Shown here piece after piece: positions 22,449-31,954 of a DNA stretch of 64,000 nucleotides. Source of the DNA: Myxococcota bacterium. GTDB lineage: Bacteria; Myxococcota_A; Polyangia; Nannocystales; Nannocystaceae. The position numbers were made by a program, and so were the translations under genes. The notes under the pieces are model-generated. The model saw nothing but the letters and a program-made list of their open reading frames with translations, had not been told where the DNA came from and ran no database searches. How positions within the stretch are numbered: the first letter of the stretch is position 1; each line of letters opens with the position of its first letter. The stretch is taken from positions 320,001-384,000 of the forward strand of contig JBCCHT010000002.1 in the NCBI GenBank assembly GCA_039028615.1, written 5' to 3'.

Positions 22449-23122
22449 GCGCCAAGCAAGCTCCGCCCTCCAAGTCGTCCCGCGCCACCGACCCGTCGCG
22501 TCGCGGCCTGCGACTGATGGTGTACGACCGCAGCTGTCGGGGCCGCACCGCCCTGCCCGGGCTCTCGCATGCGTGGTGGGCCGGGGCCAAGCTCTACCGC
22601 ACCATGCGTCGGCTCGACGCCTACGTCGGGGTCGACAGCTGGGAGCAAGGGCTCGAGTTCCTCGCCGAGTATCGCCCCGAAGAGCCCTTGGCCGAGGTGC
22701 AGTACTGGGGCCACGGCAAGTGGGGTGGCGCCCGCGTTCGCCAGCAGATGCTCGATCGCAGCGCGCTCGAGTCGAAGCATCCCCTGCACTCCCGGCTCGC
22801 CGCCGTGCGCGATCGCTTCGTGCCCGACGCCCAGGGCCTTTGGTGGTTTCGGACCTGCGAGACGCTCGGGGCCCGGCCCGGTCAGCGCTTCGCGATGGAG
22901 CTGTCGGACTTTCTCGGCGCACGCGTGGCCGGCCATACCTTCATCACCGGGCACCTCCAGAGCGGCCTGCACACCCTCGCTCCGGGGCAGCGGCCGCAGT
23001 GGTCGGAGGACGAAGGGCTCCGCGAAGGCTCGGTCGAAAAGCCCACGCGGGCGCACTGGTCCAAGCTCCGCGCGCCCAACACCATCACGTGCCTCCGCGG
23101 CACCATTCCCAAGGGCTACTGA
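22445..23122 (+). CDS. Hypothetical protein with DUF4347/caspase-like pattern and His-Cys dyad
   Basis: GTG start overlapping the upstream TGA; EVQYWGHG..G, WWFRTCET.G..GQRF..LS..LG..V.G pattern. Confidence 0.75.
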   Translation: MSAKQAPPSKSSRATDPSRRGLRLMVYDRSCRGRTALPGLSHAWWAGAKLYRTMRRLDAYVGVDSWEQGLEFLAEYRPEEPLAEVQYWGHGKWGGARVRQQMLDRSALESKHPLHSRLAAVRDRFVPDAQGLWWFRTCETLGARPGQRFAMELSDFLGARVAGHTFITGHLQSGLHTLAPGQRPQWSEDEGLREGSVEKPTRAHWSKLRAPNTITCLRGTIPKGY

Positions 23123-23146
23123 GCCATCGCGGCTGACCGCCGGGCC

Positions 23147-24142
23147 CTAGCTGGTGCGGGCTCGGCCGGACTGCGATCGCGAGCGGCAGCGGGACTCGCC
23201 GGAGCCACAGCGAAAGCGAACGTGCATGTGGTCGCGGTGGCCATCCCAGTGCTTGAGGATGGGCGGCGTCTCGGACTCGCGGCCGGGCACGCGGAAGTAG
23301 CGGGCGAACTCTTCCTCGCTCAGCTCGCGGCGAGCCAGCGGCCGTAGCAGGCGCTGCAGCCGAATGCTGATGAAGATCTGCTGGACCTCGCCAGTCTCGA
23401 CCAGGGCGCGAATGAGGGCCCAATTGCGCTCGACGTCGAAGTTGTCGGCGTTGGCTCGTTGCCAGCGCTCGTGCTCGAGGCCGTCGCTGAGGATATAGCC
23501 CAGGTCGACGTCGCGACCGGTGCGATGAGATCGATGAGGCGCGGCTCGACCTCCGCGGCGGGCCGAGATTTCACCCACCGAGATCGGCGGCGCGTCGTCG
23601 AAGGTTCGACCATAGCGGGTGAACGCGGTGACCATCGCCTCGATGGCATTGCTCGCGCCAAAGGCCCGAGTCCGTCGCTCGCGGAGCGTCCAGAACGGAC
23701 CCTCGGGCATCGGCTTGCCGTGCTCGAGACGCCCCGAATTCGGAGCGCCCACCGAGCGGGTCGGCTTTTCGTCGGAGGCCCGATACACCCACAGGCGAGC
23801 GCCGGACTGCACCCGCTGCTGCCCGCGAAGCTGTGGGTTGAGCTCCATCAGAGCGCGCTTCTTGATGCCCCAGCGGCTCGCCAGCGCGTCGACGCTCTCG
23901 CTCTCGCCCACCGTCCACTGGATCTCGAGCAACGAAGGCAGCGGCATGGCCTCGACCGCCTCGGCCTCGGCGGCCTCGGCCACCGTTGCCGCCAGAGCGA
24001 CGGTCGTCGGTGCCGGGGGCAGCATGCTCATGGAGGCGGGCTCCGGCACGACCGACTGGCCTCGGACACTGGTGGTGGTCTCGAAACCCGCACCGATGGC
24101 CAACGGCCCTATCAGGGCCAATGCACGAAGGTATCCCCCCAC
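23147..24142 (-). CDS. Penicillin-insensitive murein endopeptidase (MepA/M74-like) with LysM domain
   Basis: LysM-like segment (VGESESVDALASRWG..LMELNP); SVGAPNSGRL, HRSHRTGRDVD, HRDHMHVR. Confidence 0.88.
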   Translation of the reverse strand: MGGYLRALALIGPLAIGAGFETTTSVRGQSVVPEPASMSMLPPAPTTVALAATVAEAAEAEAVEAMPLPSLLEIQWTVGESESVDALASRWGIKKRALMELNPQLRGQQRVQSGARLWVYRASDEKPTRSVGAPNSGRLEHGKPMPEGPFWTLRERRTRAFGASNAIEAMVTAFTRYGRTFDDAPPISVGEISARRGGRAAPHRSHRTGRDVDLGYILSDGLEHERWQRANADNFDVERNWALIRALVETGEVQQIFISIRLQRLLRPLARRELSEEEFARYFRVPGRESETPPILKHWDGHRDHMHVRFRCGSGESRCRSRSQSGRARTS

Positions 24143-24219
24143 GACTCGCGAACTCTACCGAAGGTGACGATCGGGAGCCACTGCAATCGGCCCCATCGAT
24201 GTGAGCGTATTTCGAACGA

Positions 24220-24252
24220 AAAGGTTCCCTGCGACCCGCGCAAGGAACCTTT
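24220..24252 (-). terminator. Probable intrinsic terminator of the TetR gene
   Basis: AAAGGTTCC...GGAACCTTT inverted repeat, T run on the minus strand, about 30 nt past the stop. Confidence 0.55.
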
Positions 24253-24282
24253 GGAGTGCGAAGCCCTGCGACCTCGACCTAC

Positions 24283-24873
24283 TCAGTTCGAGGTCGACTT
24301 GGGGGCGGCGTGGGCGACCAGGAGCAACAGCGCGCTGACCATCATGTCGACGAGCTGGTCTTCGCTCATCTCGGCTTCGTGCTCGAGCCACTGGAGACAA
24401 GCCGACTCGGTGAAGCCCGCCCATCCGAACACGGCCACGCGCTGAACCGCACCGTCGTCGCGGATACCGGCGCGCTCGAGGATGCGGCGGACCACCTTGT
24501 TCCGCGCGTCGTCGATGATGCGCTGGACCTCGTCGTCGACCTCGCCCCGCATGAGCGTGCGATAGAAGGTCGCGTTGAGACGAATGAAGCCGACGAAGCG
24601 GGCGAGCGCGCCGCGGACGGATTCTTCGAATGGCACTTCGTCGTCGAGCTGCGTGGCCTCGAGGACTCGGCGCGCGAGCTCGCGAACGGTGGCGACGTAG
24701 TAGCCGCGCTTATTGGCAAAGTAGTGGTAGAGCAGCCCCTTGGAGACACCGCCGGCGAGCGCGATGTCATCCGTGGACACCTGATCAAAGGCGCGTTGGC
24801 TGAAGAGCTCGACACCGAGCTCGAGCAGGCGGGCACGCCGCTGATCCACGGAGAGTCGTTGTGCACGAGGCAT
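24283..24873 (-). CDS. TetR/AcrR family transcriptional regulator
   Basis: RRARLLELGVELF...DIALAGGVSKGLLYHYFANK HTH. Confidence 0.93.
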   Translation of the reverse strand: MPRAQRLSVDQRRARLLELGVELFSQRAFDQVSTDDIALAGGVSKGLLYHYFANKRGYYVATVRELARRVLEATQLDDEVPFEESVRGALARFVGFIRLNATFYRTLMRGEVDDEVQRIIDDARNKVVRRILERAGIRDDGAVQRVAVFGWAGFTESACLQWLEHEAEMSEDQLVDMMVSALLLLVAHAAPKSTSN

Positions 24874-24887
24874 GTCGGTACATTGAA

Positions 24888-24914
24888 TCTTTATTGGGCG
24901 ATGCTCAATAAAGA
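24888..24914. promoter_or_regulatory. Palindromic operator, probably TetR autoregulatory site
   Basis: TCTTTATTG-ggcgatgct-CAATAAAGA, AT-rich inverted repeat about 15 nt upstream of the tetR ATG. Confidence 0.7.
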
Positions 24915-25168
24915 AAATGGATCGAGCCCGAATAACGTCGTTCAGTAAGGGGTTGGCGTACATTCCCTGACGCAACTTCTGCACACGCGCACCGAACGCC
25001 GGCTAAAACGTCCTCGGAATGGAGTTCCGAGCCAGGAAACGAATCCAGCTCGGTTGAATCAGAAGCAATCTCGGGGACCTCTTTTTCAACCGGAAGATCT
25101 CGATCCAAAGCCCACAAGTCGCGCGGGTTCGCACCGGGCCAGTCGGCCGAAGGCGCCAAACCCGAGAC

Positions 25169-26068
25169 TCAGGCCTGCGTCGAGGCCGCGCGCAACGAAG
25201 CCATCAGCGCCTCGGCCGCGGACGATGGCGTCCGGTCGCGGCGATGCACCAGCCAGAACCAGCGCGCGACCGGAGTCCCCGCGACCGGCACGATCTCCAT
25301 GCGGCTGCGTTCGAGTTCATCCGCCACCGCGTGGCGAGAGACGAAGCTCAGGCCGAGCCCACTCAGCACGCAGCGCTTGGCCGCCTCGGTGCTGCCCACG
25401 ACCAGGCGTGGCGCCAGTCCCTCGCCGCCGCGCACCTGCGTGAGCAGGTCGGCCACCGCCGCTCGGGTGCCCGAGCCCTCCCCTCGCAAGATGAGCGGCA
25501 ACCCGCGCAGCTGCGTGGGCTCCAGGGGCTTGGTGGACTCGACGAAGGGGTTCGGCGAAGGGCCGACCAGCACGACCTCGTCTTCGGCAAAGGGCTCCGC
25601 CACCAAGCCGCGTTCGCTGGGGCGACGGCCGACCAACGCACAGTCGCACTCGTCGGCCATCAAGGCGGCCAGTGCTCGTGACGACGCGGACACGTTGACC
25701 TGAACGTCGACCCCGGGATGACTGCGCCGCAGTCGAGCCAAATGAGGTGCCAACAGGTACTCGCCGGGGATGGTGGAGGCTGCCACCACCACCCGACCCC
25801 GCTGCCCCTCGTCTTCCGCCCGCAGCTCGGCCAGCGCCTCGTCGCGCAGGGCGATGAGTCGCTCGGCGTAGCTGCGCAGCAACAGGCCCCGCGAGGTCAC
25901 CCGCACCCCGTCTCGACCCCGGTCGAGCACGCGTCCGCCCACCGCCGCCTCGAGGGCTTTGACCTGGAAGCTGACCGTGGACTGGCTGATGCCCAGGGCC
26001 TCTGCGGCCCGCGTGAAGCTGCCGTGCTCGAGCACGGCCAACAGCGTCACCAGTTGGTCGAAGTCCAT
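25169..26068 (-). CDS. LysR family regulator (CysL/selenium-metabolism-associated-like subgroup)
   Basis: SFTRAAEALGISQSTVSFQVKALE HTH; ASTIPGEYLL and GSGTR motifs. Confidence 0.92.
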   Translation of the reverse strand: MDFDQLVTLLAVLEHGSFTRAAEALGISQSTVSFQVKALEAAVGGRVLDRGRDGVRVTSRGLLLRSYAERLIALRDEALAELRAEDEGQRGRVVVAASTIPGEYLLAPHLARLRRSHPGVDVQVNVSASSRALAALMADECDCALVGRRPSERGLVAEPFAEDEVVLVGPSPNPFVESTKPLEPTQLRGLPLILRGEGSGTRAAVADLLTQVRGGEGLAPRLVVGSTEAAKRCVLSGLGLSFVSRHAVADELERSRMEIVPVAGTPVARWFWLVHRRDRTPSSAAEALMASLRAASTQA

Positions 26069-26077
26069 CGTGCGCGG

Positions 26078-26707
26078 CTACTTGGTGCCGAAGAGACGGT
26101 CGCCCGCGTCGCCGAGCCCGGGCAGGATGTAGCCCTTTTCGTTGAGGCGCTCGTCGATGGCCGCGGTGAAGACCTCGACATCGGGATGCTGCCCGCAGAA
26201 CACCTCGATGCCCTCGGGTGCCGCCAGCAAGCAGGCGAACTTGATGTTCTCCGCGCCCGCCTCCTTGACCCGCTGCACCGCCGCCGCGGCCGAGTTGCCC
26301 GTGGCGAGCATGGGGTCGACCACGATCACCTGACGATCGGCCATGTCCGAGGGCGCCCGGAAGTAGTACTCGACCGGCTCGAGCGTCTTGGGGTCGCGGT
26401 ACAGGCCCACGTGCCCGACCCGAGCCGAGGGCAGGATCTTGGTCATGCCGTCGAGCAACCCGGCGCCCGCTCGCAGCACCGAGATCAGCACGACCTTCTT
26501 GCCCGCCAAGAACGGGGCGTGCATCGACATCAAGGGCGTCTCGATCTCGCGCTCCTCGAGGGGCAGGTCGCGGGTGACCTCGTAGCCCAGCAGCATCGCG
26601 ATCTCCTGGAGCAGCGCCCGAAAGTTGCTGGTGCTCGTCTCCTTCCGACGCATCAGCGAGAGCTTGTGCTTGATCAGCGGGTGGGCAATGTTGTGAACCT
26701 TGGCCAT
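26078..26707 (-). CDS. upp: Uracil phosphoribosyltransferase
   Basis: [41 protein letters not shown]. Confidence 0.97.
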   Translation of the reverse strand: MAKVHNIAHPLIKHKLSLMRRKETSTSNFRALLQEIAMLLGYEVTRDLPLEEREIETPLMSMHAPFLAGKKVVLISVLRAGAGLLDGMTKILPSARVGHVGLYRDPKTLEPVEYYFRAPSDMADRQVIVVDPMLATGNSAAAAVQRVKEAGAENIKFACLLAAPEGIEVFCGQHPDVEVFTAAIDERLNEKGYILPGLGDAGDRLFGTK

Positions 26708-26784
26708 CGAAGCTGCCTTTCGAGCGGGGTTTCGGTCGTAGATCAGAAGCGGTCGGGGCGACAAGAGCGAGAATGGACCGGTCG

Positions 26785-27744
26785 CTAGCGGCCGGCCGCG
26801 AGCGCCTGGGCGCTGGCCAGGCCCCATGCCCGCATGGTGACGCGGGCGATGACCGAGGTCTGGCTGATGCCGAACGCGATCAGGATCTTGAAGGCGTTGG
26901 CCTGCTCTGCGCTGGGCGCCACCACCCAGTACAGCACCATCAGCCCGAGGCCCACGACACCGAGCCGAACCGTAACCCCGACGATGGCGCCCGTCCGTGC
27001 CCGGCACAGGCTCATCCCGCGCTGGAGGGCCGTCATCGCGGTGCACTCCGGGTCGGCGATGGCCGCCACCTTCGCGTAGTCGACGATGAGCCGGATCGCG
27101 AGCATGAACGCCCACACCACGAGGTACTTGCCCACGATCCACGCCGCATGGACGCGCTCGTCGATGACGTCGCGGTTGTGGTCGGCGACCCAGGCGGTGA
27201 GCCACGGCAGCATTTTCGCCAGCACCACCGCCCACGCGATCCAGCCGACCACGGCCAGGGTCAGCATGCGACCGAAGTGCTGCGCCCCCAGGCGGATCAA
27301 GCCCCGCTCGTCACCGCCGAAGCGGGCGAGCAGGCCTCCCGAGAGGAAGGTCCAGCCCAGCAAGTAGCACAGCCCGGCCACCATCAGCGGGAGCGGCAGC
27401 GCGAACATGGCCCCCGTGACCAGGCCGTCGAGCGCACGCAGGACCGCCCCGATGCCCACGATACCGGCGTCGAAGGTGCCCGCGATGCCCTGCGCCTGCG
27501 CAGAGAACGACGCGTACCACAGGCCGTCCCAGCTGCTCAGGAGGTTGTCGGCGGCCTCGCGGTGACGGAGCGACTGCGCCAGCGTCGATTGCATCGCGCC
27601 CGCCAAGGGCAACGCCAACAACACGCTGAGCAAGTAGGCCGCGCCGACCGAGGTCCAGTGTTCTCGAACCCGAGACCATCCCGTGGCCACCGCCTGCGCC
27701 GCCCCGACGGACGTCGATTGTGATTGTGATCGCGAAGAACTCAT
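26785..27744 (-). CDS. Multi-pass membrane protein of unknown function
   Basis: Several hydrophobic helices; 9 nt downstream of the M1 peptidase gene. Confidence 0.8.
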   Translation of the reverse strand: MSSSRSQSQSTSVGAAQAVATGWSRVREHWTSVGAAYLLSVLLALPLAGAMQSTLAQSLRHREAADNLLSSWDGLWYASFSAQAQGIAGTFDAGIVGIGAVLRALDGLVTGAMFALPLPLMVAGLCYLLGWTFLSGGLLARFGGDERGLIRLGAQHFGRMLTLAVVGWIAWAVVLAKMLPWLTAWVADHNRDVIDERVHAAWIVGKYLVVWAFMLAIRLIVDYAKVAAIADPECTAMTALQRGMSLCRARTGAIVGVTVRLGVVGLGLMVLYWVVAPSAEQANAFKILIAFGISQTSVIARVTMRAWGLASAQALAAGR

Positions 27745-27753
27745 GGCGGTGCC

Positions 27754-29850
27754 TCAGGAGAAGAAGGCGAAGGCTTCCATGCTGTGCTGAACCCAGACCA
27801 TCCACTTGCTCGACCACTTGGTGGCGGCCAGCTCGGCCGGGGCTTCGCGAAGCCAGGCATTGTTGGAGAATTCGGTGTCGAGCACGAGCACGTGCCCCGG
27901 GTCGACGCGCACGCGGTCGACTCGGGCGGGGCGCTCGTAGCGGTAGGTCTGCCAGCGGTCTTCGCCGTCCCAGTGCTCGATGGTCCGCGCTCCGTCGGCG
28001 AAGGTGACCTCGACCGCGACGGGGAAGCGGCCCTCGCCCCAGCGTCGCACGGTGACCACCGACTGCCAGGGGCGCTCGCCAGAGGTCTCTTCGGGGTCTT
28101 GGTCCGCGTGGCCGTGCACCGAGGATGCGCGCCAGCTTCGGACCTCGTCGACCGCGTAGTCGAACACCACCGACTCCTTCCAGACCTGGGCGAAGAACCA
28201 GTCGAGGCGTTGGCCACTGACCAGATCCATCGTGCGGAAGAAGTCCTCAGGTTTCGGGTGCGAGAACGCGAAGCGACGGAAGTAGTGCGTCATCCCGCGC
28301 TGAAAGGTGGGCCAGCCCAGGTAGTTCTCGAGCGTGCGCAGGGTCAGCGCCCCCTTGTCGTAGGAGTTGACGCGATAGCCCCCCGGGCCCGTCTTCCACG
28401 AGTGCCGGGACTGCGGGTCGCGCTTGAGCGCGGAGTGCATGCCCACGTGACGGTCGGCGCCCGCCGTGCGCTCGGGCGGCACGACGGAGGGAAAGGCCAC
28501 GGGAAAAAAGCCCTCGAGGTAGCGCTCGACGTGGGCGTGCTCGGGGAACGCCGCCTCCATCGTGCGTGTGGTCGAGTAGGTGTTGAAGCCCTCGTCGAGC
28601 CAGGCGTGCTCGAACTCGTCGTTGGCGATCATCCCGTACCAGAACTGGTGCCCCGCCTCGTGGACCGTGACCCCCTCGGGCGAGCGGCGCTCTTTGGGGG
28701 ACAGCCAGCGCGTGCCCCCGGTAAACAGCGTCGGGTACTCCATGCCGCCCGTGCCCGAGCGATAGGCCGGGTCCACCACCGTGATGTGCCCGTAGGGATA
28801 GGGCCCCCACCAGCGACCGTAGTGCTCGAGGGCCGCCTCCGTCGCGTCGAAATAGCGATCGCGATGCTCGGCGTGGTCGGGCATCAGCAGCAGGCGCATG
28901 TCGACCGGAGGCAAGCCGGGGGACTCGAAGCGCCGCTCGTGCACCGCGAACTCCGTGCTCGCGGTCCAGGCGAAGTCGTGCACATCGGGCTGCACGAAGC
29001 GATGGGTGGTCTCGCCGCTGCCCTCGGTCGTCTCCGTCTCGCGCCCCGTCGCGCCCACCACCCAGTCCGTAGGTGCGGTGATCGAGACGTCGTAGACGCC
29101 GAAGTCCGAGTAGAACTCGGTCTGGATGAACTGGTGGCAGGCCCACTGCCCGTCGGGCTCGAGTACGCCGACCTTGGGGAACCATTGTGCGGCCAGCAGG
29201 TAGTTCCCGCGCGTCCCCGTCCGCGCGAAGGTCCGCGGCATCTTGGAGGTGAATCGCAGCTCGACCTCGATGGTCTCGCCCGGCGCCACCTCTCGCGGCA
29301 GCGGCACCCGCAGCACGGTGCGATCGTCGGTATTGCCGTCGTCGGGCGAGATGAACTCGGCCCTCGGATGCAGGTCGACGGCCGCGCCTGCTCCCTCATC
29401 CCTCAGACGCAGCTCGTGCACGTCGACATAGGCCCAGTCCTCGGGTCGGCGGTCGTCGTAGCGGTTGCCTCGCTCCCGCGCTCGCCGAAGGAACGAGCTC
29501 CGATCGTTGCGCCACGCGTTGTAGTAGAGGTGGTAGCGCAGCTCGGACGTGGGGTGCTCGGTGATGTTGGTCCACCGCAGCACCTGCTGCCCTTCGATGG
29601 TCTCGTGCTCGGGATCCCACCGCACCTGCATGGTGTAGTTGGCGTTGCGCGGGCTCAGGGGGCCGTCGGGCCACACCATGGGCTCGGCCAACGCATGCGT
29701 GGGGCCGTGGTCGCTCATGCCGGGCACGACGGGTCCGGGCTTGGCCGCCTCGACGGGCGCCGACGCCAACAGGCCCAAGACACCCGACCACATCACGCCC
29801 CATCGCCAGCCTCTTCGCGCATGCCGAGTTGGGCCAAGGGAGGACATCAT
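27754..29850 (-). CDS. Secreted M1 family zinc metallopeptidase
   Basis: Signal peptide; GGMEY, HEAGH and WLDEG (HEXXH-x18-E), YDKG. Confidence 0.93.
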   Translation of the reverse strand: MMSSLGPTRHARRGWRWGVMWSGVLGLLASAPVEAAKPGPVVPGMSDHGPTHALAEPMVWPDGPLSPRNANYTMQVRWDPEHETIEGQQVLRWTNITEHPTSELRYHLYYNAWRNDRSSFLRRARERGNRYDDRRPEDWAYVDVHELRLRDEGAGAAVDLHPRAEFISPDDGNTDDRTVLRVPLPREVAPGETIEVELRFTSKMPRTFARTGTRGNYLLAAQWFPKVGVLEPDGQWACHQFIQTEFYSDFGVYDVSITAPTDWVVGATGRETETTEGSGETTHRFVQPDVHDFAWTASTEFAVHERRFESPGLPPVDMRLLLMPDHAEHRDRYFDATEAALEHYGRWWGPYPYGHITVVDPAYRSGTGGMEYPTLFTGGTRWLSPKERRSPEGVTVHEAGHQFWYGMIANDEFEHAWLDEGFNTYSTTRTMEAAFPEHAHVERYLEGFFPVAFPSVVPPERTAGADRHVGMHSALKRDPQSRHSWKTGPGGYRVNSYDKGALTLRTLENYLGWPTFQRGMTHYFRRFAFSHPKPEDFFRTMDLVSGQRLDWFFAQVWKESVVFDYAVDEVRSWRASSVHGHADQDPEETSGERPWQSVVTVRRWGEGRFPVAVEVTFADGARTIEHWDGEDRWQTYRYERPARVDRVRVDPGHVLVLDTEFSNNAWLREAPAELAATKWSSKWMVWVQHSMEAFAFFS

Positions 29851-29896
29851 CGGGGCGACGATACCCGAAAAACCTCCCCCGCTCGCTCGCCTGCAG

Positions 29897-30871
29897 CTAC
29901 GGCTGCCCCGCCACCACCAGCGCTCGCGCCGACTCGACCGGAAACGCCATCGAACCGTCGATACTGGCGGTCAGGGCGTCTTGGAGGCGCGGGTGAGTCC
30001 ACTGAAACCCGAGCTGCTCGAGACCGGCGGGACGAACTCGTTGCCCCCAAAGGAGCATCTCGCGAGCTTGCTCCGCGCCGAAGACCAGCCGCAACGCGGT
30101 GGCGGGAGCCGGGACCCACGCCGGCCGGCGCAGGCAGGCCGCGTACTGGCGAGCAAAGTCGGTGTTGCGGACGGGCTGCGGCGTGACCGCGTTGAGCACC
30201 CCCGACATGCGGGGGTCACCGAGCCCCGCCACGATGATGGCGACCAGATCACCGAGGCCGATGAAGCTCCAGAACTGGCGGCCCGAGCCCAGCCGACCGC
30301 CGAGACCGAGGCGTGTGGGGGCGCGCAGGGCCCCGAGCAGGCCGCCGTCGCCCAGCACGTGACCGAAGCGCAGCCGCAGGACGCGGACGCCCCGAGCTTC
30401 CAGAGGGCGGACCGCCGCCTCCCAGTCGCGCACCACCCCGGCGAGAAAACCATCGCCGATGGGGCTGTCTTCATCGACCCATGCGTCGGCAGTGTGGCCG
30501 TAGAAGCCGACCGCCGAGGCCTGCACGATCACCTTGGGCGGCGTCTTCAGCTGGGACAGCGCGGCGACGAGGAGCTTGGTGCCTTCGATGCGACTGTCGG
30601 CGATTTCCCGCTTGCGGGTCTTGGTCCACTTCGCGGGGCCGATCGGTGCGCCTGCCAAGTTCACCACCGCATCGACGCCCTCGAGATCCGCGGGATCGAG
30701 GCGTCGCTGAGCGGGAGACCACTCGATCGCGTCGGCATCGGACCCGGGGGGCCGACGCACCATGCGACGGATGCGAATGCCCGCCTCCGCATCGGTCAGG
30801 GTCTTGCAAAGGGCTCGCCCCACGAAACCGGTGGCGCCCGAGATGGCGATGCACGGAGGGGAATCGGCCAT
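29897..30871 (-). CDS. TIGR01777-family NAD-dependent epimerase/oxidoreductase
   Basis: SGATGFVG, VVNLAG, SAVGFYG, WE, LGSGRQ motifs. Confidence 0.92.
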   Translation of the reverse strand: MADSPPCIAISGATGFVGRALCKTLTDAEAGIRIRRMVRRPPGSDADAIEWSPAQRRLDPADLEGVDAVVNLAGAPIGPAKWTKTRKREIADSRIEGTKLLVAALSQLKTPPKVIVQASAVGFYGHTADAWVDEDSPIGDGFLAGVVRDWEAAVRPLEARGVRVLRLRFGHVLGDGGLLGALRAPTRLGLGGRLGSGRQFWSFIGLGDLVAIIVAGLGDPRMSGVLNAVTPQPVRNTDFARQYAACLRRPAWVPAPATALRLVFGAEQAREMLLWGQRVRPAGLEQLGFQWTHPRLQDALTASIDGSMAFPVESARALVVAGQP

Positions 30872-30949
30872 GAATGCGCTTTAGCACGGGGTGCTGCGGC
30901 TCGCCGCTCGAATGGCTGCGAGCGGCGTCGCGTCGGGCCGTGTCTGTGA

Positions 30950-31882
30950 CTACAGCGTGGTGCCGAGCCATTCGAGGATCTCGGGCACGACCTCGGGGAA
31001 CTCGCTGAGCAGCGTCACTCCGTGAGCACTCGAGCCCTCGATGATCTCGACGCGGGTCTCCCCGGTCGCGTCGGCGACCAGCTGCGTGCAGCTGTCGGCT
31101 TGGACTCCGCCGTTGTCGCCGTCGGTGGCCAGGCAGAACAGGTTGCCGAGCGTCAGCGATTTCGGCATCCCCGCGAGGGCCTCCACCGCTTCGAGCCGTG
31201 TCGAGATGGGCACCGCCGCCGAGATCGAGCCCTCGTGCAGAGCGACGACCGTGAGGTTGGCCCCGATGCTCGTGCCCACCGCCCCCAGGCGAGCACCGTC
31301 GACCGAAGGCGACTCGCGAAGCCAGTCCAGGGCCGCGGCGACATCGAGCGGCGCTTGGTCGGGATCGGTGAGGATGTCGGACAGCGCCCCCTGCTGAGGC
31401 CCGGAGTCGCCGTGACCACGTAGATCGAGCGCCAGGGCCACATAGCCCGCGTCGACGAACGTGGGGAGCAGCGCGTCCCACTGGCTGCGATCGTTGGCGA
31501 ACTGGTGGATCAGGAGGAGGCCGGGCAGGCAGGTGCCTTCGGTCGGTCGAGCAACGGTCGCGGCGAGCTCGGTGCCGTCGGCCGCCATGAGACTCAGCTC
31601 TTCGCTCACCAGGGGACCCGCCGCGGGGGTGCAGCCCTGGGCTGTGCCTTCGCCGTCGCTGGTGTCGTCCGCTCCGGTGGTGCTCGTGCTGGCCGGGGCG
31701 GTGGTGGAGCCGGGTTCGCCGGTGTCACTGCTCGACGCTGCGACGCCGCCGCTCGACGAGTCCGAGGCAGTGGCACTGCCTTCGTCGGTGGTGCAGCTGC
31801 TCCCGATCACGGCGAGGGCAAAGAGGAAGGACGTAGGACAATCGGACCAAGACAGGTGCACGGCGGACTCCGCGGACGACAA
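30950..31882 (-). CDS. Alpha/beta hydrolase lipoprotein (start uncertain)
   Basis: Lipobox-like GSSC, Ser/Thr linker, DLRGHGDS, nucleophile elbow GTSIG, C-terminal AHG. Confidence 0.85.
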   Translation of the reverse strand: MSSAESAVHLSWSDCPTSFLFALAVIGSSCTTDEGSATASDSSSGGVAASSSDTGEPGSTTAPASTSTTGADDTSDGEGTAQGCTPAAGPLVSEELSLMAADGTELAATVARPTEGTCLPGLLLIHQFANDRSQWDALLPTFVDAGYVALALDLRGHGDSGPQQGALSDILTDPDQAPLDVAAALDWLRESPSVDGARLGAVGTSIGANLTVVALHEGSISAAVPISTRLEAVEALAGMPKSLTLGNLFCLATDGDNGGVQADSCTQLVADATGETRVEIIEGSSAHGVTLLSEFPEVVPEILEWLGTTL

Positions 31883-31954
31883 CGTCCGCCTGGCTCGCAG
31901 GTTACCGTCTGTGGAGCGGGGTGACGCGGCCGCGCACAGCGCGACGGATGCCCA

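Noticed and set aside
27784..30186. 800-aa plus-strand ORF and similar long antisense ORFs (11234-13105, 35620-37617, 46595-48592, 56002-58200)
   Set aside because: Shadows of real genes caused by high GC3 and few stop codons; no recognisable motifs
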